A stretch of 64,000 bases of DNA from Methanobacteriota archaeon (GTDB lineage: Archaea > Methanobacteriota > Methanobacteria > Methanobacteriales > Methanobacteriaceae). A model generated the notes under the pieces. The model was not told the origin of the DNA and did not search any database. It was given only the letters and a program-made list of their open reading frames with translations. Positions 18,946 through 30,520 of the stretch are shown in pieces. The stretch's first letter is position 1. Every line of letters begins with the position of its first letter. The stretch spans positions 1 through 64,000 of the forward strand of contig CAWBCJ010000029.1 in assembly GCA_963787255.1 (NCBI GenBank). The letters are read 5' to 3'. Position numbers and translations under genes: made by a program.

Positions 18946-20040
18946 TTGGAGAAGATAAAAATAGCAGTAGTAGGTATTGGTAACTGTGCAAGCTCACTAA
19001 TTCAGGGAATTCATTATTACAAGGATAAAAATAGCGAAAATGCTATTGGTCTCATGCACTGGGACATAGGCGGATTTAAACCAGGAGACATAGAAGTGGT
19101 TGCCGCTTTCGACATAGACAAGAGAAAAGTTGGAAAAGACGTAAGTGAAGCTATATTTGCAAAGCCCAACTGTACCACAGTATTTTGTCCCGAAATTGAA
19201 GAAACCGGAGTAAAAGTTTCAATGGGTAAAGTACTTGACGGTGTTGCTCCCCATATGGACAAGTATGATGATGATTACACATTTTTAGTTGCTGATGAGG
19301 AAGAATCCCCAATTATAGATATTTTAAAGGAAAGTGGGGCAGAAATACTTGTAAACTACCTCCCAGTAGGGTCTGAAAAAGCAACAAGATTCTACGCCCA
19401 ATGTGCACTTGATGCAGGCATTGCATTCATAAACAGCATGCCAGTTTTCATTGTAAGTGATGATGAATGGGCCAAAAAATTCGAAGAGAAAGGAATTCCA
19501 GTTGTAGGGGACGATATAAAAGCTCAAATCGGTGCTACAATCACCCACCGAACATTAGCCACTTTATTCCGCGAAAGAGGAGTAAAATTAGAGCGTACTT
19601 ATCAGTTAAACACTGGTGGAAATACAGACTTCCTTAACATGCTAAACAGAGATAGATTCGACTCTAAAAAAGAATCTAAAACCGAAGCTGTTCAATCAGT
19701 TCTTGCTGAAAGACTGGATGATCCTGATATTCATATAGGGCCAAGTGACTATGTTCCATGGCAAAAGGACAATAAATTATGTTTCCTTAGAATGGAAGGT
19801 AAAACCTTCGGTGACGTGCCGATGAATATCGAATTAAGGTTAAGTGTTGAAGATTCACCCAATTCCGCAGGATGCGTTATAGATGCTGTAAGGTGCTGTA
19901 AACTAGCCCTTCAAAGAGGTATTGGAGGCCAGTTAACTTCAATTTCAGCTTATACCATGAAACATCCGCCTGAGCAATTTAATGATGAAAAAGCGTGTGA
20001 AATGGTAAACGAATTTATAGAAGGAAAACGGGAAAGATAA
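18946..20040 (+). CDS. ino1: myo-inositol-1-phosphate synthase
   Basis: GIGNCASS, GDDIK, QLNTGGNTDF, KTEAV and EDSPNSAG motifs; TTG start after GAAGGTG. Confidence 0.95.
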   Translation: MEKIKIAVVGIGNCASSLIQGIHYYKDKNSENAIGLMHWDIGGFKPGDIEVVAAFDIDKRKVGKDVSEAIFAKPNCTTVFCPEIEETGVKVSMGKVLDGVAPHMDKYDDDYTFLVADEEESPIIDILKESGAEILVNYLPVGSEKATRFYAQCALDAGIAFINSMPVFIVSDDEWAKKFEEKGIPVVGDDIKAQIGATITHRTLATLFRERGVKLERTYQLNTGGNTDFLNMLNRDRFDSKKESKTEAVQSVLAERLDDPDIHIGPSDYVPWQKDNKLCFLRMEGKTFGDVPMNIELRLSVEDSPNSAGCVIDAVRCCKLALQRGIGGQLTSISAYTMKHPPEQFNDEKACEMVNEFIEGKRER

Positions 20041-20069
20041 ATTCCCAAAAAAAACTTTTTTAATAAAAT

Positions 20070-22015
20070 CTATTCTAATTTATTAAGTCTGACAAATGTT
20101 TCATTGTAGGGTGTTCCATTTCCAAGTTCACTTAACATGTCACCGGTTAAAATATTGACACATTTATTGTATTTTAACCATCCCCCAGTTCTTGTAAGGA
20201 CATAATCTTTTTTAACTTCCTCATTTTCAATCACTTTTACAATGAGGCTTCCTACAGATGATTCAAGAATCACTTCATCCCTATTATGGATTCCATTTTC
20301 TTTTAGAATTTCTGGATGTATCTGAACTTCTAAAAACCCAGGATACTGTTCTTTTTCAGGCATGTCAGATAATATCCATCCTTTTGGCATTATTGAAAGT
20401 AATCGGAGAGGAAAATCCTTATTCAGCTCTTCTTTATAATCAAATTTTTTAATGAATTCAAATTTACCAGATGATGTTTTAAATTTTTTATCTGCATATG
20501 GTGTTTTTGGAGCTGATAGTACTCTAACTGGTGCTTCTTGAAGTTTATCAAGAGCTATTCCCTGCTTTATTAACGGTGCAGCTAATTTAGAAAGCCATTC
20601 TTTTTTACTTCCTGCTAATTCTTCTTCAAACCCAAGCCTTATGGCTAATTGTTGAAATATCCATAGCTCAGACTTAGCTTCCCCTTGTGGTTCAACTGCA
20701 GGGTTTATGGGAGTAATCCAATTACTTCCATAACTTCCAAGTAAATCTTCATCTTCAAGGAAAGTTGTTGCAGGTAAAAATAAATCAGCAAGTTCAGTTG
20801 TATCATTTAAAATTTGATCAACAGCTATCATGTATTCAATGCCTTTAAATGCCTTTTTCACCTTTATTAGAGTTTGGATTCATGGCAACAGGATTTCCAG
20901 CACTTATGAAATATTAATTTAATCTCGAGGATTCTTGCTTTTAAAATTGCATCACCAATCGTGGGCATTGGAACTTTCCTTGTCTTTTCTGCAAGTTCTA
21001 ATCCCTCTTGTGAATTATCGAAATATCCAAATTCTTCAAATCCCTGACTAACACCGCCGCCAGAAATACCAATGTTTCCTGAAATTGCAGCAAGTGCATC
21101 AATCATTCTGAATGTTTGATGTCCTTTTAGGTATCTGTGTATCCCCCATCCTAAAATTATGCTGCTTGGACCATTAGCGTGAATTCTAGCTAATTCTTCC
21201 ATTTCGCTAACAGAAATATCACATTTTGCTGCAATATAATCCAAATTAAATTCATCAAGAATTTTCTTATATTCTTCAAAGTTCTTAGAGTGATTATCTA
21301 TAAAATTTTGGTCAACAATACCCTCTTGAAGTAGAATTTTAGATAATCGCCATTGCAAGAAATGCGTCTGAACCTGGAACTGGTTGATAATATAAATCTG
21401 CTCTTTTTGCTGTTTCTGTTTTAACAGGATCTATTACAATAAGTTTGGCTCCTATTTTTTCTCGCTTTTTTAAGAATTTTCCATAAATGAATATCCGTTA
21501 CAGCCGGATTACGTCCCCAGATGATTATTGCTTTGCTGTTTAAATGATCGAATGGATCATGAGATATTCTCTCCCCAAAATCAATTTCCTGACCTGCTTG
21601 ACCAATTCCCCCGCAAACTGTACCATAAAGAGTTGAAACCCCTCCAAATGCATTGAAAAATCTCTCGATTAAGAATTCTAAGTGCTGTACGGGCTCCAAA
21701 GCCTTGATAGTATAGAATAGATGTGCTTCCATATTTTTCTTTAACTTCATTAAGCTTATCTGCTGCAATATCAAGAGCTTCATCCCAGCTTATCTTTTTC
21801 CATTCTCCTCTCACTTTTTTAAGGGGATATAGTATTCTTTTTGGACTATAAAAACGATCTTTAAGGTAATTTTTAGTATTACCACATAAAAATCCAGATG
21901 TAAACTCATGTTCCATGTTTCCAGTTAATTTAACCACTTTTCCATTATCAACATGTGCGATGACGCTGCAAGCCCCTGGACAGTCACGAGTACAAGCTGT
22001 AACTACTGTTTTCAA
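20070..22015 (-). CDS. Molybdopterin-dependent oxidoreductase, DMSO reductase family (multiply frameshifted)
   Basis: CTRDCPGAC...GFLC 4Fe-4S motif, [28 protein letters not shown] and a C-terminal Mo-bis-PGD-binding domain, spread over four ORFs. Confidence 0.85.
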
Positions 22016-22092
22016 AAAAATTACCTCCAAATATTACATTTAAGTCCTTAAGAATATAAAACAAAAATAAATACTAAAAATGGAAAAATTAA

Positions 22093-22281
22093 CTATTCTT
22101 CAATGTTAATGGCATCATTTGGACAGACATCCATGCAAACTTCGCATAAATTGCATTCTTCCTGGAACTGTATCTTTATTTCATCCCCTTCAAGTACAAG
22201 AACATCCATTGGGCAAACATCAGCACATTCTCCGCATTCTGAACCATCGCATTTTTTATAGTCTACATTTACTTTAGCCAT
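22093..22281 (-). CDS. 2[4Fe-4S] ferredoxin
   Basis: CDGSECGECADVCP and CNLCEVCMDVCP. Confidence 0.92.
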   Translation of the reverse strand: MAKVNVDYKKCDGSECGECADVCPMDVLVLEGDEIKIQFQEECNLCEVCMDVCPNDAINIEE

Positions 22282-22369
22282 ACTTATTTCTCCTATTCGC
22301 TTTTTTGGTTACTTTTAAAAAAATTGGATATTAGTTTATGTTTATATGATTTATAATTTTTTAATACTC

Positions 22370-22679
22370 TTATTTAAAATAATCTTCAACTGCTTCTTTA
22401 ATGGTTTTTTGAGATTCAACTGGTTCTATACCTTTATTTTGAAGTGCTTCTTTAGGTTCAAGCCCAATTCGACTGCAAAAAACAGCATTACAATCTCTTA
22501 AGAGTTTTAAAGACATGCCCCACCTGTCTGAATGTTCATTTATGGTTAAATCTTGGCTTTTCTCTAAGTTCTAGGAAATTTAGGTTATTTTCTTCTATTT
22601 CGAATATTAAAAAAATTCCTGCACTTCCAAAATGCAAATCTACATTTTTACCATCAGATGTTGCAACTGCTATTTTCAT
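22370..22679 (-). CDS. nifX: NifX/NifB-family FeMo-cofactor-binding protein (frameshifted; not in the ORF track)
   Basis: [20 protein letters not shown]...[28 protein letters not shown]; located after nifN. Confidence 0.85.
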
Positions 22680-22694
22680 AAAACTCTCCAAATT

Positions 22695-24089
22695 CTATTG
22701 AAACTCCATAACCTCATGTCCAGATGTCATCATAATAGTTTTCAAGCATTATATTTGTTAATAGTGTCAACCATTCGAATTCCTGCCTTGTATCCCAGAA
22801 TACTTATTCTTTGAGCTCCTAACCTATCATAGACCGGGAAATCCCATCCTTAAAAGTGGAATATGTTCAGCTTCTGCAATTCTTGCACCGTAAGAGTTTC
22901 CAATAAGCAGTTCTATGTCCATACATTTTACCTGCTGATGCAAATCATACAAATCAGACCCTGCTAAAACTACGGGCGTAACTTTGTTTTCATCTGCAAT
23001 ATTTTCCATATCTTCAGCAAATCTGCTGCTTTGAACGCCAGTACAGACTACAGAAGGAATCATTCCAAGTTCACATACAAAACGTGACAGACCTGTAACT
23101 ACATCTGGATCTCCATAAATTGCAACTTGTCGAGCGTAATTGTAAGGATGAGCATCTACAATGGCATCGATCATTTTTCCCCGATCATTTTCTATTGATT
23201 TTGGAATTTCAACATCTTTGATTTTGGTGATACAACTTATGAACTGGTCTGTATTTCTTACCCCAACTGGAAGTGGACCAGATATTGATTTAACGCCGTA
23301 TTTTTTTTCAAGAAACGTGGCTGCAGAATCAACATGCTTACTTAATGATAGAGTAGCCATTGAGTTTGCAGAATTCCGGATTTCTTCTACTTTAGTACCT
23401 TCATCATGTAAAAAGGATACATCACCAGTTAAAGGTGCATTGAGCGATTCAGATGTATCAGTGAGAAAGATACTTTCTACATTAAGCTCATTTAAAATAT
23501 CTTTTATTTCTGTAATGTCTGAAGGTGATACAATTCCGGGGATGATGTTTATTTTGTCATTATTTTTTTCTGGACATACCAGATTTTGAACTAATGATTT
23601 AACGGCTTTATCATAACCATCAACGTGAGAACCTGAGTAGCTGGGAGTGCTTATTGGGATTATGGGCGGTAAATCTTCATCAGGATGTGAACTTTTGAAT
23701 TTCTTTATAATTAGAGCCATGTCGTCCCCTATTGTTTCAGTAAGACAACTTGAAGTTACCCCTATTATTTCAGGATTGTATTCTTTCCAGATTGTATTAA
23801 GAGCTTTTAATAGATTGCCTTCGCCACCGTAAACCACTGTTCCTTCACTCATTGACGTTGATGAAATGTTAATTGGTTCCCTGAAATGTCTGCAGAGCTG
23901 AAACCTCATGTATGTACTGCAGCCTTGAGAACCGTGAATAAGTGGCATTGCTCCTTTTAAGCCTAAAAGCGCCTGAACAGCCCCCATGGGCTGGCACATT
24001 TTACACGGGTTTATCACTGCAAATTTTTTATCCACATTACAATGATTCTGCATCTTCTGCGCTTTTGAACTAATCATATTATCTTGCAT
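22695..24089 (-). CDS. nifN: Nitrogenase FeMo-cofactor scaffold NifN (3' end frameshifted)
   Basis: [19 protein letters not shown] and [10 protein letters not shown]; GFP continues as YDRLGAQR in a shifted frame. Confidence 0.88.
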
Positions 24090-25551
24090 TTTCTTTTATC
24101 TCTCTGTATTTTTTAGGCGTTAAATTCCATACTGGGCTTGATACTGCCCTGTCAACTTCTTTTGCAAAGTTTACGAATCCCTGAAATCCTGCAAAGGAAG
24201 TTATTCTATCGTGGTTAAAATCACAGAATGGTATTCCCAGTTTTAATGATAAATATTTCTCTTTTGCTCCAGATACGATTAAATCAGGTCTGTATCTTTT
24301 AAGAAGTCTTGCAAGTTCCATTGAATTTGCATCGTCAACAACAAGTGTGCCATCTTTTACTGTTTCTTTAATCCTTTCATAGTCTTCAGGAAGGCCGTTT
24401 TGGGTTCCTGTCATTATAACTTCCATTTCAAGCTCTTCAAAGGCCCTAATTAAAGACCATGCCTTATTACCTCCGACATAAACTGCTACTCTTTTTCCAG
24501 TTAATTTTTCTTTGTATTTGCTAATTTCAGCTCTTAATCTCTCCACTTCAGTTTCTACAAGTTCTTCTGTTTTTTTTATCATTTCAGGATCATTAAAGAA
24601 TTCTGCAACTTCTCTTAACGAATTTGCTGTTTCTTCTACTGCCAAAGAAGTTTACTTTGAGAAAGGTATTTCATATCTCTCTTCCATCTGCCGAGCTAGA
24701 TAGTTAGATGATTTCTGGCATTGCACTACGTTCAAATTGGCATTGTGGGCTGCTGCTATGTCCTTTACATTAGAATCACCGGTATAGCACAAAGAATGTT
24801 TACTCCCATCTTTTCTATTAGAGGTTTAATAGCCCAAAGGTCTCCTGCAACATTAAATTCTCCTACTATGTTTAAAGTTATCTGGTTTTCATTTTCAGAC
24901 TCTCCAGTTCCAATCAAATAATCCAGCATCGCATCGCAGGCCAGTTGGTGTCCAAGGGATTTATTTACAGCTCCTAAAACCCTCTGATTGAACAGGAATA
25001 ATCCGACATTTAGTGATTTTTTCAGCTTTTCTTGCAACGCTTTTTAAATCATCTCCTATTAAGACCCACTACACATGTAGAGTATACAAATATGGCTGCA
25101 GGGTTGTATAGTTTGTTCAGTTCAATTATTGTTTCGAGAATTTCTTTTCCCCACCAAATACTATGTCTTTCTCCTTTAAATTTGTTGAGAACCCGTTTTG
25201 TAGAGATCTTCTCCTGATGACCTGCTTCCTCTTATATCCCATGTGCATGATGCGCATCCTACAGGACCATGGACTAAATGTATTGCATCAGTTATAGGCA
25301 TTAGAACTACTCGGCACCGCCATAAACACATGATCTTTGAGTTACTGTACCTGGAATGGATGCTTTGTTGCATGCAGGACTTTAATCATCACCTTTTTTT
25401 ATGCACATATGCTTTTTACGTGCTTTCAGGGTATCAATAATTGAATCTGGACATCAATATTTATTTCATCTGTCCCTGTCTTTGGGGTATTTTGGAGGGA
25501 TAAATGGCTTTTTGATAAACTTTTTGGATTATTATTTTGAATGTTTTCCAT
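24079..25551 (-). CDS. nifE: Nitrogenase FeMo-cofactor scaffold NifE (multiply frameshifted)
   Basis: Fragments read [43 protein letters not shown] and YVGGNKAWS...DFNHDR. Confidence 0.88.
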
Positions 25552-25568
25552 CTTATTCCCATTTTCTT

Positions 25569-26959
25569 TTACTGCTGAAGTTTCCAGTGTTCGGCATCGT
25601 AAAATTTTTCAAATACTGTATTTGTTATTCTGTCTATGAGATTAATTCCCCCATTATATCCAACAATAGGAACTCTATGATACCCTACTCTGTCATATAC
25701 AGGATATCCAACCCGTATAAGAGGAATATCAAGATTTTTAGCAAATAATCTTCCATCAGAGTGGCCAATCATAATATCTACAGATTCTTCTTGAAGGCGT
25801 GTTTCAAGCGCTCTTAAATCACTTCCCACAAGGATATCTACTGGCCCCTCTGATTCTTTAGAGACTTTTTTCATTTCATCTTCGAATTCCTTGCTTTCAT
25901 CGCCCGTACAGACTACAGAAGGAATCATTCCTAATTCACAGACAAATCTGGCTATTCCCGCAGTTATTGCAGGATCTCCATATATTGCAACCTTTCGTCC
26001 AAATAGATATCTTGATACAAGGTCCGCCATTGAATCTATAAGCAATCCTCTTTCATCAAGTAGCGCTTCTGGAACCTCTAGACCTGTAAATTTCTTTAAA
26101 TTCCTCAAAAACTGGTCAGTATTTTGAATTCCTATTGGTATAGAACCTACAGCTGCTGGAACATCGTATTTTTTTTGGAGGGATTCAGCACCAGATCCTG
26201 AGTAGCTGCAAAGTGAAATTGTACCCAGACTGTTAGATGAATCACATACTTCCTCTATATTTGTTCCTCCTTTTGGGTAAAAAGGCTTAAATTCAGTTGC
26301 AGAAGGTCTAAGAGGGGAATCAAAAGGATCTGAAATATCTGTTAAGGATGATTCCTTCAACACCCATCATCGTAAGAATATGTTTTATTTCTCGTGTATC
26401 TCCAGGGTTCACCATTCCTGGAATTATATTAACTTTATCATTGGATTCCGTGGGATCTTCTGCCAAATTATCTACCAGAGCTTTAATTGCATTATCATAT
26501 CCTTTAAAATGACTGTCTACAAAACTTGGAGTGCTTATAGGGACTATTTTTACGCTATTTGCCTTTTTTTCTCCCATTTTCTTTATTATTTCTTCCTTTG
26601 CAATTTTAATAAACCCTGCCATGTCATCTCCAATGATTTCGCTTGAACAAGTACTTATTGCCCCAATTAAGATTGGGTTTAAATCTCGCAGCTAGATTTC
26701 CAAGACCAGATATTAAATTTCTTCTTCCACCAAAAACTGCGGCATCCTCGTGAAGTGAAGTTACTGCAATTTCTGAAGGCTCACGGAAATGTCTTGAGAA
26801 GGAGTATCTAACGAATGTGGAGCATCCTTGAGAACCATGGACCAATGGAAGCCCCCTTCTTATACCTGCAACTGCATACATTGCCCCCATTGGCTGACAG
26901 GTTACAAGAGGGTTGATTACTGAGTTTCTTTCTTTTTTAATTACATTTGATTCGCTCAT
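25569..26959 (-). CDS. nifK: Nitrogenase MoFe protein beta subunit (frameshifted)
   Basis: [38 protein letters not shown] and GYPVYDRVG. Confidence 0.92.
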
Positions 26960-28389
26960 TCTGTTCTCCTCTTCCTTTCTTCTATTTCATCTTCAAATTC
27001 CAGCATGTTCCACACTGGACTGTAAATTGATGCATATATATCCTTGGCAAGGTTTATGAATCCTTCAAAACCCATATATGGTCCATTTTCGTAAGAGTGG
27101 ATTAACATGCATGGTGTTCCAAGTTTATGGGCTATATATTTCTCTTTTATACCAGATAGAATTATATCCGGCTTGTAATCTTCAATTATTTCTTCAAGTT
27201 CCAACGAGTTTGGATCGTCAATTATGACTGTTCCTTCACCTACACGTTCTTTAATCTTCTCATAGCCGTCTTCGTGTTCAAACATTGTAGATACAGCTAC
27301 TGTTTTCATTCCAAGATGTTCTTCTAATGGTTGAGGGATATGCCAGTTTTTAGGTCCTCCTGAAAACACCCAAACTGTTTTTCCTTCAAGTTTTTCCCTG
27401 TAAAAATCCAGTTCTGGCTGTATTTGCTTCATTCTACTTTCTATTACCTTTTCTGCTTCTGCTTCTTTACCAAAATATTTACCTACTGCTCTCAAGTTTT
27501 CTGCACAGTATTTAGGGCCGAAAAAGTCCACTTTAATATAAGGAACGCCATATTTTTCCTCAATAAGCTCCGCTATGTATGTTGCAGATCGCTGGCACCT
27601 TACAAGGCTTAGTTTAGCTCTGTGCATCCAGCATATCTCATCGTGACTGCAGTCCCCTGTAAATGTGGACAGTATGTTTATTCCCATTTCTTTAAAGTAG
27701 GGTTTAAGACCCATAGATCACCGTCGATGTTATATTCACCAATAAGGTTTATGTCGTAGGGTGTTGTTTCTGGGAGGCTCTTTTGTACCTACAAGTTGAT
27801 TGAATAGTGTTAAATTACCAACATGATGCCCTTTAGATTGTGTAGGACCTGAAAAACCAGGAGCATTAAATGCTACAACATCTTTACCTATTTCTTCAGA
27901 CAATTCTTTTGCAACAGCATCCATATCGTCCCCTATAAGTCCTGTAGTACATGTAGCATATGTATAAATCGCATTAACATATGGAAATTCTTTAGCTGCT
28001 TCTAAAATTGATTGGCGGAGTTTTTTCATTCCTCCAAAAACTATATCTGATTCTTTAAGGTCTGTACCCATAATGTATTTCAGGTTGAAGTTTTCTATTG
28101 GAACTTTCTCCCCGTTTGGAAGATCAGGGCGAGTTGGATATCTTTTACTTCCACAACCGTATGTGGTACATCCTACAGGAGAATGCACCACATGGACAAC
28201 GTCTTTTACAGCTCCAGTTATAACCCCTTTAACTCCTGCAAATGCGCATCCACGCTCGGTCATACAGCCTGGAATGGTTTTAGTATTACATTTAGGGATA
28301 TGTTCCTTTGGATCCGCTGAATCTTTTACATAAATAAATTTTTCTCTTTCTGGAATTTCTTTATCAACATCAAAAAGTTTAAAGGGCAT
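26956..28389 (-). CDS. nifD: Nitrogenase MoFe protein alpha subunit (frameshifted near 27710-27770)
   Basis: [26 protein letters not shown] and QSKGHH; cofactor-ligand motifs RCQRS and IHSYENGPY. Confidence 0.95.
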
Positions 28390-28511
28390 ATTTTTGCTCT
28401 CCTATAATCGTAACTTGTTTAAAATGATTTTTATTGTCTCTCCTTTAAATTAATTATAATAAATAATAGCCTCTTCTAAAAAGCTTCGAATCGGTTAAAT
28501 ATCGAATTAAA

Positions 28512-28881
28512 TTAAATAATGGCTTCATCTCCACGTTCATTTGTTCTAACCCTAACTGCATCATCAACTGGGCAGACAAATAATTTACCATCACCTATTT
28601 GTCCTGTCTGATTAACTCTCATTATAGCTTCAACAACTAAGAGTGCATCTTCATCAGGTACAACAAGTGATATAAGCCTTTTTGGTATGTATCTCATTGT
28701 TCCTTCTTCGTTTAAGAGTTCTGGCTTCTGTATATCGAAGGATATTTCCCCAATTATTGCTTTTTGCCTTCCCCGTCCCATGACCCTGTGTGCAGTCATT
28801 GCTGGGAATCCAAGGGCACGTTAGAACTTCTTTTGTTTGAGCCATTTTGTTAGGGCGAATAATAGCAACTATTTCTTTCAT
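28512..28881 (-). CDS. nifI2: PII-family nitrogenase regulator NifI2 (1-nt insertion near 28820)
   Basis: MKEIVAIIRPNK...VMGRGRQK...TGQIGDGKLFV; the span is 370 nt, one more than a multiple of three. Confidence 0.92.
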
Positions 28882-28919
28882 TAAATGCACCAGATTATTT
28901 TTTTTAATATATTAAAGAA

Positions 28920-29237
28920 TTATAATTCTTTAGTTCTTGTTCTAACAGTGTATGCTTCATCTACAGGGCTTACAAATACTTTTCCATCACCAAAACTTCC
29001 TGTAAATGCTGATTCATTTATTATATCTATTATTGTGTTAGTATTTTCGTCTTCTGCAACAAGTAAGAGCATTGTCTTAGGTAATTCATCGTAATAGATT
29101 TTATCTACTTGAATTCCTTTCTGTTTACCTCTTCCAATAACATCCATTTTTGTAAGAGCAACATAACCTGCTTCTGCGAGGGAATCTACAACTTCTTCTG
29201 CTTTATCTGGGCGCACAATTGCGCGAATCATTTTCAT
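28920..29237 (-). CDS. nifI1: PII-family nitrogenase regulator NifI1
   Basis: MKMIRAIVRP, GRGKQKG and TGSFGDGKVFV; directly after nifH. Confidence 0.95.
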   Translation of the reverse strand: MKMIRAIVRPDKAEEVVDSLAEAGYVALTKMDVIGRGKQKGIQVDKIYYDELPKTMLLLVAEDENTNTIIDIINESAFTGSFGDGKVFVSPVDEAYTVRTRTKEL

Positions 29238-29294
29238 TTTACTGCTCCAAATAATTCAATGTTAATACTTAAAATTTTATAATTTAAAAATCTC

Positions 29295-30137
<843 letters not shown>

Positions 30138-30182
30138 TTATTTTTTATATCTCAGTTTTTTTAATGGATTTCAATTTTTTTG

Positions 30183-30200
30183 TAGGAAGTATGCTTCCTA
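30183..30200. promoter_or_regulatory. NrpR-type nitrogen operator GGAA-N6-TTCC
   Basis: TAGGAAG-TATG-CTTCCTA palindrome between the TATA box and nifH. Confidence 0.85.
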
Positions 30201-30231
30201 CTTCCGACAACACTAACTTTGTCTTCATCCG

Positions 30232-30245
30232 TTATAAATTTTTCG
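30232..30245 (-). promoter_or_regulatory. nif promoter BRE/TATA
   Basis: Minus strand reads CGAAAAA-TTTATAA, about 30 nt upstream of the operator. Confidence 0.7.
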
Positions 30246-30520
30246 AGGGAAAAGATTGGAAATGTGGTTTTTTTGAAAACGAAGTGTAATTAAATACATT
30301 TCAATAAATAGTTAATTTAATAAATAATAAATAATTTTATAGAAAAGAAAGTTAAATGTATTTAAAGTGTAATTAATTGTTTTCATATAGTAATAACTCT
30401 TAATATCAAAATAAACTAATTTATTAAAAGTAGATTACAGAAATCTTAACCAAATTAAATAAAAATATTGAAATATGAGATAAAATTTCAATATTAAAAA
30501 TTATACCTATCAGTGATACC

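Noticed and set aside
20030-20046. GGGAA...TTCCC at the end of ino1 as a second NrpR site
   Set aside because: The spacer is 7 nt rather than 6, and it lies between convergent 3' ends; more likely a terminator hairpin.
20070-28881. Programmed frameshifting as an explanation for the broken nif genes
   Set aside because: There are too many breaks, in both directions, with no shared slippery motif.
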